DNA from: an uncultured delta proteobacterium
GTDB taxonomy: Bacteria > Desulfobacterota > Binatia > UBA9968
DNA length: 64,000 nt
Assembly: GCA_963816145.1 (NCBI GenBank)
Contig: CAWFJP010000011.1
Span: 1-64,000 of the forward strand
Direction of reading: 5' to 3'
This document shows, piece by piece, positions 1 to 10,534 of this stretch (position 1 is the first letter of the stretch; each line of letters starts with the position of its first letter). Both the position numbers and the translations under genes were made by a program. A model generated the notes under the pieces. That model was not told the DNA's origin. It searched no databases and worked only from the letters and a program-made list of their open reading frames with translations.

Positions 1-1434
1 AACTGGCCCCGGAGCCTCGCAGGACCGCGGGAATCGTTTTCATCAGGATTTCGAAATCGAGCTTGAGCGACCAGTTGTCGATGTATTGCAGGTCCATCTC
101 CATCCAGTTTTCGAAGCTGATCTCATGACGGCCGTTGACTTGCCACAGGCAGGTAATACCCGGTTTTATGCTGAAGCGGCGCTTTTGCCACTGTTCATCG
201 ATTCTCTCGACATCGCGAAGCGGCAGCGGACGCGGCCCGACAAGACTCATGTCTCCTGTTAAGACATTTAAAAATTGCGGCAGCTCATCCAAGCTGAGCT
301 TTCTCAAGACATGGCCGACCCGTGTCACGCGGGGATCATTGCGCATTTTAAACGCGGCGCCGTGAACTTCGTTTTTGTCCTCTAGCTCTTTGATTCGCTC
401 CTCGGCATCTGTCAACCATGGTGCGAAATTTGAGTCGCTCGAAACATTCTGCGATTAAACCAACACGCTCCTGGACAAAGAACACGGGGCCCGGCGAATC
501 GAGCTTGATGGCTATGGCTATGATGGCAAGAGATTGGCAGGTGCACGATGAGGGCGACGGCGGAGCCGAGGACGTCTAGGAGCCGCTTGATCACAAGAGA
601 GAGTGCGTTCTCCTGTCCGCTCTGAAGCGTCAAGAAGGGATCGTCGTCTAGATAATCGATTGCGGAGTTCACCAGGTGCCAGCCCAACAACCCCGCGGGG
701 ATGCGCACTATCACGCCCAGCTCTTCACTGTTTTTGATGAGCTTTGCGACCGTCTCGTAGAAGGATTTTATCGGCAGAGCGATGAAAACTTCGTCGACTT
801 TTTCGCTCCGAAGGATCTGGTTGAAATCGTTTAGCCGGCCGAGCAGCTTTTCCTTGCCGCTGTGCAGCGGAGACTCGGGCGCGGGAATGTCGTCGATGTA
901 GCCCAAAAGAAGATAGCCGAGATCCCGCCTGTTTCTTAGTTGCCTGCCGATCCAGGTTCCGCGCGGACCGCAACCGACAATCACTGCGTTGCGCAGATTG
1001 CGCCCTCTCTGTCTCACACCGCCGAGAACAATACGCAGGCTGCCCCGCATGATCACTGTAGCCGGAAGGACCACGGCAAAGAATGTCGCGAGAAAGGTTC
1101 TGTTGATAGCGGAAAGTTTGAAGAAAAGCGTTATGGCGGATAGTAGGAGTGTTCCCAGGACGACGGCCTTGGTCACGTCCCACCACTCCACTTTGATCAG
1201 TCCGATTCGTCGCGAGCGGTAGAGGCCCTGCGAGGTAAAGATCAGATGCCAGATGACGGAAAAACCAACGAACAAGAGAATATTTGAAAACTTGATGCGA
1301 ACGGCGAGGAAATCTTGAAAATCAATGTTCATCCGTTGCGCGGAAGCAGCCATGGCAACAGCGAAGGCTATCGCCATCACCGCGACATCGGCGGCGCGAA
1401 AGGCGTTGAGCAGAATTTGCCGTTTGAAGCTCAC
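1..1434 (-). pseudogene. Undecaprenyl-phosphate sugar phosphotransferase (WcaJ/WbaP/CpsE family), frameshifted; runs to or past the window edge
   Basis: ORF 412..1434 has N-terminal TM helices and a Rossmann-like AVIVGCG segment up to KRLLDVLGS. The catalytic part (SLDELPQFLNVLTGDMSLVGPRP...KPGITCLWQVNGR...DLQYIDNWSLKLD) is in another frame below ~450. Confidence 0.85.
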
Positions 1435-1480
1435 AGCGTGCTCACAAGTCGTTCACAAATCGGTTAAAGAATCCGCAATG

Positions 1481-1758
1481 TTCACCGCGGAGGCGCGGAG
1501 AACGCCGAGAAAAACCCCTCTGTACTACTATCTCTCAAAGTATGCGCGGCTTACGCGAATTTGCGGGGAGCGAAATTTCTCGAATTCGGAAATTTATCCC
1601 GCCAAGGCGCAAAGGCGCCAAGTTCAAAGGGATAGAGAAATATTCTTACGAATTATTTTCACTATTTTTTCGACCTTTGCGGCCTTGGCGTCTTTGCGAG
1701 AGATATTCCGAGTTTCGGTTGCGGCTACGCCGCGCTAGGAACTCTGTGCTCTGTGGTG
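1481..1758. repeat. Nested imperfect inverted repeats (REP-like long hairpin)
   Basis: Outer arms ttcaccgcggaggcgcggagaacgccgag / ctctgtgctctgtggtg; inner arms cccgccaaggcgcaaaggcgccaag / ctttgcggccttggcgtctttgcgag. Confidence 0.75.
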
Positions 1759-1798
1759 CAAAGAATCCGGAATATTCACCGCCGAGGCCCGTCTGCTC

Positions 1799-4141
1799 TC
1801 AAGTTGCCTCCGGCGAGGCAGTCGTACGATAAATATCACGGTGATAGTAACCGTAGTCGCCGTTGTTCATGTCGACCCGGTTAAGAACCACACCCAAGAC
1901 TTTAGCCTGCGCGTAATGCAAGCGGGAGCAGGCCTCCTTTAGGACATCTCGCGTCGTTTCTTGCCCGTTGACCACGAGCACAACTCCATCAACCATGGTG
2001 GACAAGCGAAGCGCATCGCTGGCGGCAATCAGCGGCGGAGAGTCGATGAAGATGTAGTCAAACTGCTCGCGCAGGCGCGTGAGGATTTCCTGCATCTTGC
2101 GCGAGCCGACAAGCTTTACCGGGTCGGGAGGAATGGCGCCGCTGGTTATAACGAAACAGATTATCCGTCATCGTCGGTTTGATCACCTGTTCCAAAGTTC
2201 TCTGACCGGTGAGAAGCTCGGTTAAGCCCGGCTCTCTTTCCAGACCCAGGATCTTGTGGCAGGAAGACCGGCGCAGATCTGCATCAATCACCAGGACCCT
2301 GGATTCCATTTGAGCAAAGACAATTGCCGTATTGACGGCAGTGGCGGTTTTTCCTTCTTCGGGACATCCACTGGCAAAAAGGACAACTCGCGGAGGCTCT
2401 TCGGCTTGGGAAAGCAGAATGGCTGTTTGCAGGGAACGATAGGACTCCGCAAGCAAGGAAAGTGGAGCGTGAGAGAGGATCGATGCGTTGCTGTGGCAGC
2501 CGGCGCCGTTTGTCGAACCATTGCCATTAATGGCATCGAGCAAACCTCGACCCGTTTCCTTTGCTGGCGACCGAGAAATCAGGAACGACGGCAAGCGTGG
2601 GAAGATGACAATAGGATTCCACGTCTTCCGGCCTGCTAACCGTTTTGTCCAGGTACTCAACGAAAAAAGCCAGGGCTACGCCGCCCATAGCGCCCATGAG
2701 AATGCCCAGGAGAAGATTGAGGGTTATTTTTGGCCGCGAAGGTTCAAGAGCGGGCTGTGCCTCATCAACGATAAAGATATTCGAGGTTCGCTGTTCTGCC
2801 GCCACGCCGATCTCTTTCCGGCGTTGAAATACGCTGTCATAGAGCTGGCGGTTGGTGTCCACCTCCCGCGCCAGGATCGCGTACTCCACCGAAGCGTCTT
2901 TAAGTTGCAAAGCGGCGCTTCTTTGTTCGGCAAATTTCCCGCGAAGGCCTTTTTCTTTCGCTCCGGCTGCCAGGAAGGACGACTCGATTCCGGCCACTAC
3001 AGTTCGGATCTCATCATTCAAGCGTCGGCGGGTTTCGTCGACCTGGGCTTTGAGCTGAGCCAGGCGAGGATAGCCGAGGTTATACTCGGCAGAGAGATTG
3101 GCATAATCGCCTTCCAGCCGGGACAATTGCTCCTTCAGGGTTTGAATAAGTTTATTACCAATGACGTCCGGCAGGGACTCGAATGATCTTTGACGAATTT
3201 GCTGGACCTGCGCTTGTAAAGTAATCCGCTCGGCTTCGGCTTCAGTGAGTCGCTTGTTCAGATCCCCAAGCCGCTCGACCACGACGTTCTCCTTGTCATT
3301 CAGGGAGATGATCCCTTTGTCCCGGCGGTAGTCGTTCAAGGTCGCCTCAGATTGTTCGAGGCGGGCTTTTAATTGCACGAGGTTTTCTTCGAGAAAGCGC
3401 TCCGCCTCGGCGTTGGTCCGGGCACGAAACTGAAGACCTAGTCCGATAAAGGCACGCGCGTGGGCGTTGGCCACCTGGGCTGACAAATTAGCATCGGGAG
3501 TGCTAAAGAGAATTTTAATCAGGTGCGTGTTCTCGACTGGCTTGATCTCCAGATCGTCCTTTAGGTAAGTGGCGGTTAGTTGCCCTGAGGGTTACGGTTG
3601 GGTCGCTGACCTCTGTCTTGCCAGACGAGAAAATTCCTTTTACCCAGGAGAGAATTGCTTTTACCGGAGTCTCGGTCACAACCCAGTCCTTCAGAATGGA
3701 CCATGGTTTCGCGACGATGCCGGTTTTTTCCTCTCCGGTAAAGATCTTATTGCTGCCGAGGCGCTGTTCCTGGATAACCTGCGCGGCCAGGGACGGGCTC
3801 TTGAGAATCTCCGCCTGAGTGGCGAAGTAATCATGTTTTTCCGTACCGATGGCCTCGGAGACAACCTGGCGAAAGTCAACTAGTTGAGGGGTTTTTTCCT
3901 GAATAAGCAGCGTCGCCTGGGAGGTGTAAATTGGCGTCATCAGAAGGGTGCCGACGGCGACGGTGCTCACTAATGTCAGAAAGAAGATGGCGATAAGCCT
4001 GCGGCGCTTTCTGATCACCCGCCAGAAATCCCAGAATCCAAGTTCCGGGCTGTCTTCTCCTACCGGTTCGTTAAGCAGTACTAACGGTTGTTTGCCGGTG
4101 GTGGAAGCCGGTGCGACGGATAAAATATGGAGATAATTCAC
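1799..4141 (-). pseudogene. wzc: Wzc-type polysaccharide co-polymerase / BY tyrosine kinase, split over four ORFs
   Basis: 3515..4141 is the Wzz-like N-terminus; 2527..3486 has coiled coils and TM2; 2058..2660 has Walker A GCPEEGKT and VIDADLR; 1799..2095 has IFIDSPP and the Tyr cluster GDYGYYHRDIY. Confidence 0.85.
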
Positions 4142-5251
4142 CCATTAGCGAAATATTGGCTCCTACTCCGATCCTGATTATTTCTTTAAAAAACTGATAG
4201 ATTCCGTACGGGAACAAGCTTTGCGGTGGAGGAAGATACCTGAACGATGTCCCCCCCTTGAAGGCCGATATCGGACGTCTCGCCATTTTTAATTTTGTCT
4301 AAATCGGCGACCAAGGAAATCTTTTTCCCATCCCGGTTAGGCCGAATCACTGTCACAGTGCTTGTGTCTGCCGCAAAGAGGGCGCCGCCCGCAGCGGCCA
4401 CTGCGCCTGAGACGGTAAGACCAGGGCTCATCTTAAAGGCCCCCGGTTTGTCGACCCAGCCGTCAACCAAAATTTGCGCTCCGCCCGGCACCATAATGGT
4501 GTCGCCGGGGCGAACCGGAAGCGAGAGATAAAGTTGATGGCCGCCGTAGGATAGCTCTTTGACATCGATCAGGATCGGTTCCGTCTTGCGGAGAATAGGC
4601 CCGGCCGGATCTTTAGGCAGTAGAGCTACCGGCAGTGTGGTTACGACCTCTTTGGCCGCTTCTCCTTTGAGAGGTTCGGTAGGTATAAGCTGAATTCTCG
4701 GCTCCGCATCGGGTAATATCCCGCCGGCGCGGGAAATCATGTCGAGAATGTTCTCCGAGCCGCTGGTCAAGTTGTAAAGTCCCGGCCGCACGACAGCGCC
4801 CAACACCGCCACTTGGCGGCTGTTGTATTCTTTGACAAAGATAGAGACACGCGGATTACGCAAATAGTCTTTCAAACGCGGGCGCAATTGATCTGCGAGT
4901 TCCGCTTCGGTCAACCCGGCTGCCTGGACGCGGCCGATAAATGGCAGCGAGATCGTGCCGTCCGCGGTGACTCGCACGCTACGGTCCTTGATCTCTTCCA
5001 TGGCAGGGACAGTGATCTCGAGCACATCCCCCGGGCCAATCGGGTAATCGCTCACTGAACCTTGCTGTGCGCGCTTCTCCCAAAGCCGGGCAAGCCGCAC
5101 TACATCGGCGTTCTCCTGAAAAGATCCGGAAGCACCGCTTGCGTAATTCTACGGCGGCTGCATTCGGCGCCGCGACATTGTTAGCAGCGGAACATCCATT
5201 GAAAATAAACAGCAAAACAAGAATCTTGAGAGAATAAGATAAACCGTTCAT
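4140..5251 (-). pseudogene. wza: Wza/OPX-like polysaccharide export lipoprotein with SLBB domains, frameshifted near both ends
   Basis: DYPIGPGDVLEI...DGTISLPFIGRV...LRNPRVS in 4186..5100. The lipoprotein-like start MNGLSYSLKILVLLFIFNGC at 5251 and the C-terminal PYGIYQFFKEII are each in other frames. Confidence 0.8.
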
Positions 5252-5812
5252 TCTGTTCGCGCCTGGTTTCAAGAGACACCATTTACTGAGGCCCGCCGGC
5301 GGAACTCTGTTTTCAGCACTAGGACTTGAGGATTGAGACATAATTTTCATACTCGTACCGGGCGACGGCAAACGATTCGGAGATTCAGCAGATAAAGCAT
5401 GTTCGTCGTCGGAAGCGAGCGCGAGGCATTTCGCGCGCAAGTAGGGGTTCTGACATGCTTCCGCCATTCCTGCATTTGCCGGCAGCAGACAAGAATAGGT
5501 TTTTGCTCTATGACCAACGGGCGCATCCTGTCTGATCCTTCTCACCTATGTTATGTATCGGGCGGTGAAGTCATTTGCTAGACAGCGTTGGATACATTTT
5601 TCTATGTCGTCGGATATATATCGATCGATATACGCGCACTCATGTCGATTGAGCGATGCCGAGCCTGCAGAGAACTCCGTAGCTGATCTGCAACAGAATA
5701 AAAGGAGATCGCCGGCTTGCCGGTTAGGCGAAAACTGATCGGATAGATAAGAAGGAAAAAAGTGCGGTTCAATCTGTGCGCGTCGCGATTCGCTCAGCCA
5801 CTGATGTGTCTA

Positions 5813-6088
5813 TTAGGTAAATTCATAGCGGTCCAGCTCTACAGCGATACCGCGCGGGCCTTCCTGCGGCTCCACACGCACAACCGCCCCTCGACAGTGA
5901 ACGATTGACTCCTTGATTACCACAGAGAAACCGATCATCTCACCCAGCGCATAGGACTGATCGGTCTGCAAGAAAACCCCGCAGGTACTCATATCCAGCG
6001 TTTTCCCAACTGATCCGTCTTTAAATCGCACAGGCGCGACGAGCCGATATCGACCAGCGCGACGTCTCTCCGCCCCTAATCGCGGCAT
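5813..6088 (-). CDS. Single-domain PilZ protein (c-di-GMP binding)
   Basis: RRAGR (RxxxR) and DMSTCG (DxSxxG) motifs in a 91-aa ORF. Confidence 0.8.
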   Translation of the reverse strand: MPRLGAERRRAGRYRLVAPVRFKDGSVGKTLDMSTCGVFLQTDQSYALGEMIGFSVVIKESIVHCRGAVVRVEPQEGPRGIAVELDRYEFT

Positions 6089-6176
6089 CTAAGCCCAATC
6101 TGCTGCATTGGGGAAGCTTATGCGGAATTGCGGTACTAAAGAATTAGCCGAAAGATATATTTCTCTATACCAAAAG

Positions 6177-6827
6177 TTATGAATGCTTCGGGCCAAGGCC
6201 CTTTTGTTGAGCATACAGGCTGAGCTGAATGCGGCTATCGAGATCGAGTTTTTCGTAGATATTGTGCAGATGCATCTTGACGGTTCCCTCACTGATGAAG
6301 AGGCGCTTTGCCACCTCAACATTGCGGAGCCCCGTGGCCACCAACTCGACGATCTCGATCTCCCTGGGCGTTAACACTTGAGCCGCCTCCAGCTTGCCCG
6401 CTTGCCCCTGGAGTAATTTTTCAAGCGCAAGGCTCACGGAGCGCTTCTCGAGCCATAGTTCTCCTGCGTGTACCCGCCGAATGCATTGCACCATAAGCTT
6501 GGCCGCCAGCGCTTTAAGGAGCAGCCCGCGCACCCCGAGGCGAACCGCTTCCGTCAAGTCCTCTTCGTTCAGTTCACCCGTTAGGAGCACCACCTTCGTG
6601 GCCAGTTTTTCCGTTCGCATCTCTCGTATCACAGTGAGACCATCTTTTTCCGGCATACGAAGATCGAGCACTAGAATATCCGGCTTGTATTTGCGTACCG
6701 CATCAAGCGCCAATTCCCCATCGGGACAACAAGCGCATACCTGGAAGTCCTTTTCCGTCTGCAGAATAGTTTCCAATCCCGCCAGAACGACGGGATGGTC
6801 ATCGGCGAGAACTAGACTGATCGGCAT
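6177..6827 (-). CDS. NarL/LuxR-family response regulator
   Basis: LVLADDHPVV, DILVLDLRMP and the HTH LTPREIEIVELVATGLRNVEVAKRLFISEGTVKMH. Start re-assigned to MPISLV at 6827. Confidence 0.92.
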   Translation of the reverse strand: MPISLVLADDHPVVLAGLETILQTEKDFQVCACCPDGELALDAVRKYKPDILVLDLRMPEKDGLTVIREMRTEKLATKVVLLTGELNEEDLTEAVRLGVRGLLLKALAAKLMVQCIRRVHAGELWLEKRSVSLALEKLLQGQAGKLEAAQVLTPREIEIVELVATGLRNVEVAKRLFISEGTVKMHLHNIYEKLDLDSRIQLSLYAQQKGLGPKHS

Positions 6828-9502
6828 GGGAGTCTCCGATTTGTGAAAGCGGGAGTATAATTTCAACGCATGCACCACTATCCGAGGACCGGATGCTGAC
6901 CGATCCACCGAGGGAAGCAATTCTGCTCCTGAGCATTCTCGGGCCGGCCTCGTTGGCAGTGCGCTCAACCCCATCTTGGAAGCTGAAACCGGTACCGTTG
7001 TCGGTGATGCTCATAGTCAGATTTTTTCCGTTACGACCGATCTTTATTTGCACGATCGAAGCATGACCATGATGGACGGCATTAGATACGCCTTCTTGAA
7101 TCATGTAAAGAAGATGCTCGACAACGCGCGTTGGCGCCGAACTTGCCTCTTGCTCTACCTCAAACTCGATACGGACATTCCATTGGCTCTCGAGCCGCTT
7201 CACTAACTTTTCCAGCACGGCCATTTCCATTACGTCATCTATCAGCTTGGTAGGTCGATCCCCACTGAGTTCCTTGATAAACGAACGCAGGTTTTGTTGT
7301 TCATCACTCAGCACACTGTCAATCTTCGCGAACTCTTGCCACGCCATTTGTGGCTGTTGGGTGAACAATTTCTTGGCCATTTCTAAATGCAAACTTATTG
7401 CGGTAAGTGATTGCATCACGCTGTCGTGCAGGCGATGGACGACCGCCTGACGATCGCCGCAATCGTTCCGCTTGGGCTTGCTTGCGCGCCGAGATATCCC
7501 TGCTCACAGAGGCAACGCCGGTAATTTTTCCCGCGGCGTCCTTCATGAGCGATAACGTTAGAGAAACAGGAATTTCAGTGCCGTCTTTCCTGAGCCGAAC
7601 GGTTTCGTATTGAAACATGGATTGTTCCCGTTCAAGCTTTTCACGCTGCCGTGAAAGCTCGCCGGCCAGGTGCGGCGGATGCAAGATCGAGATGGAATGC
7701 CCTATGATCTCGTCTGCGGCATAACCATATACGGTCTGTGCACCCTTATTCCAAGTTGTGACAATTCCCTCCCAGGTCGAACCGATTATCGCCTCGTCCA
7801 AAGAATCGACAATCACCCCATGCTTCGCGATCTCATTCTGCGAGGTCTTACGTTCGGCAATTTCGTTTTGCAACTCCGCGTTGATGGCCCGGAGATTGTT
7901 CGTGTGGCCGGTTATCGCGAGCAGAAATGAGCCCAATAGAGCGATAAAAAGAAGCCCGCTAGCAAGAACCGTCCACGACTGCCACCGAGGTTGGGCGATG
8001 AGATACTCACTGGTTGGAGAGAATTCGAAAATCCATCGGCGCGCAGCAAACTCGAAGGGAATAGTCCGCTTGAGCGCTCCGCCGGGCTTTAGGCCGACAT
8101 CGATATGGCCATCTTTGCGCATAGCTTCCTGTGAGGGATCCTGATACCAGAGACTTTTATCGCCTCCGCTCCCGACATTGAAAAGGCGGATCTGTATTTC
8201 CTTCACGTCGGCGCTTGTTCGTACATCATTGATGATTTCGCGAACCCGAAATGCCCCGCCCACGTAACCTTGCAAATTGCGCCGCCGTTCTTCCACCTTG
8301 TCGTCGGCTCGGGATCGGTAGATTGGCAGGAAAACTAAAAAACTCGGTTCACCCGTAGTATCTTTTACCAGGGTGATCCGATCGCTGGCCGCGGGCTTTC
8401 CGGTATCTCGCGCCTGGTCTAAGGCTTCACGTCTAACCGGGTCAAAGGCAATGTCCAAACCCAAAGACCGCTTACCCCCAGCGCGCGACTCGAAATAATA
8501 GATGGGAAAATACTCGGCGCGTTGGCCCGCACGAATCAGCTGCCCATGCGGGTCCTGTTCCAGAATCTGGAAGTTATTCAGACCATTTTGTCGCGCGGCC
8601 TGCTCGTAGGCGGCGCGCTCGGAGTCCGGTACGCGAGGATTCCACGAAAGCGTCCGAATACCCTGATGTTGTGTGAACGAGCGCGAGACGAAAGTTTTGA
8701 AATCCTGCCGGCTAACACTAACCGAGCTTGCGTAGAAGGCCTCTAACGAGTGGAGAACATCGATATAACGATCGAAGTTCTCTTCGAGTTGATGAATCAG
8801 GCGGTCCGTCCGACGCTCGAAAATTAGCTTAGCGCGATCTCGCTCCCAAGTGTTCGTATAGACGAAAAATATGGCGACCAGCGTGAATGCTAGACTCAGC
8901 AGCGCAGAGACTGAGTTTGCCCTCCGGAGCGAGGCCACGGGTGCTCTGGCTGCCCAGATCAAAACTAGCGGCGTGAAGGTGAGGACACCGATGGTATCCC
9001 CAACCCACCAAGTCCACCAGCGGAACAGATACTCAGCACCCTGAATGACGCCACCCCACTCCAGGCTGGTTACACCCCATGTGGCACTCACCAGACAGCT
9101 TAGAGGCGCCAATAGGAAAAAGAACTTGATAATATCCCGCGCTTCAACAAAATCGGCTATAGATTGCCCAAAGCGGTGTACAAGGAAAGCTCCGACAACG
9201 GCCTGTAGAGACGCTCCTATGCCGATGCTGACTGCTGGAAACGCGGTATTTACTATCGACGCAGCGCTCGTGGTATCGACGTAGATCGGTGCATTAATTA
9301 ACAACGATCCCAGGAAAATACCTGGCCAGATGCGACTTCCGAACAGTAGCACGCCAGCTAAAGCAACGCCCGCTGCCGGCCACACTGCCGGTGCATATCC
9401 CGCAGGGACGGCAAACAAGAGTCCCAGCCTACCTGCGATGTAGTAAACCACACCCATCGCAACTAGCTCAGCTATTCGTCTACGAACGTCAGGCAAAGAC
9501 AC
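6799..9502 (-). CDS. MASE1-CHASE-PAS-HisKA_3-HATPase sensor kinase with one frameshift at ~7450
   Basis: MASE1 (VWPAAGVA, WWVGDTIG), CHASE and PAS domains are in 7319..9502. H-box RQAVVHRLHDSVMQ and N-/G1-boxes (QEGVSNAVHH, DNGTGF) are in the 6799..7419 frame. Confidence 0.85.
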
Positions 9503-9655
9503 TTCCGTGATCCCGCTCTGTTTCTATTTCTAGTAGACCAAATCCACCGCCGGTGCTGCCCGTGTACTAAAAGCACTCCTTGATGCTGGGGCCTTGCATA
9601 CCAGAACGCATGCAACGATGTAAAGCCGGGCCGCGCCACTGGCATTTGAGGGAAT

Positions 9656-9880
9656 TTAACGAGAATTGCGGGGAGCGTGAACGGCGGTTTTGCTGTGGTG
9701 AATTGCCATCTGGTACTGCTCAGGAGTTAAATGGCCCGGAGCCGATTGCAACCGTTTCTTCTTGTGTACATCCTCGATGAAATGAGAACGCCGTCGGCTG
9801 ACATCATCGAAGGTCTCGTGATTCGACAGATGCATTTCCTCGTACCGCAGCGATTGGAAGAACGACTGGCGAGAAATCAT
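9656..9880 (-). mobile_element. IS3-family transposase C-terminal (integrase core) remnant
   Basis: SFFQSLRYEEMHL...FIEDVHKKKRLQSAPGHLTPEQY resembles the IS3 pattern ESFF..LK.E...FIE..YN..R.HS.LGY..P; it is degenerate and has no N-terminus. Confidence 0.7.
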
Positions 9881-9887
9881 GAAGGGC

Positions 9888-10040
9888 TTGAACTACCCCG
9901 CAGCAAGCTGCGCGGTATCGAAAGCCCAGCCTGCGAACAATTCCCAATCTCGTCACCGCCGAATGTTGTTATCGGCGCTCCAGTTCCGAACTCGCCTGGA
10001 TTCCCGCTAAAGACATGCGGGAATGACGGACTTGGGAATC
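9888..10040. repeat. Composite palindromic element (IS200/IS605-end-like hairpin plus REP-like hairpins)
   Basis: aactaccccgcagcaagctgcgcggtatc, followed by ttcccaa...ggattcccgc-N8-gcgggaatgac...ttgggaa. Confidence 0.6.
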
Positions 10041-10079
10041 CGAATCAGTGCGACGCAGCGAGCCGCTGGGAATCGACCC

Positions 10080-10385
<306 letters not shown>

Positions 10386-10490
10386 ACATGAACAAGGCGG
10401 AAGTATGAAGGATGAAGTCGAAACTGCCAGCTAATATCTAAGTTACACGGTCAAAAGTCAATGTCCGCGTAGCTCGGTTCCGAAAATCGG

Positions 10491-10524
10491 CTTGAACGTT
10501 TTGAACGGCTTGAACGATTGGAAC
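10491..10524. repeat. 9-bp periodic tandem (ttgaacNNN x4)
   Basis: ttgaacgtt ttgaacggc ttgaacgat tggaac, just past the recN stop. Confidence 0.7.
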
Positions 10525-10534
10525 CTCCCCAATC

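Noticed and set aside
5252-5812. ops/JUMPstart or sigma54 site upstream of wza
   Set aside because: No convincing match found on the coding strand.
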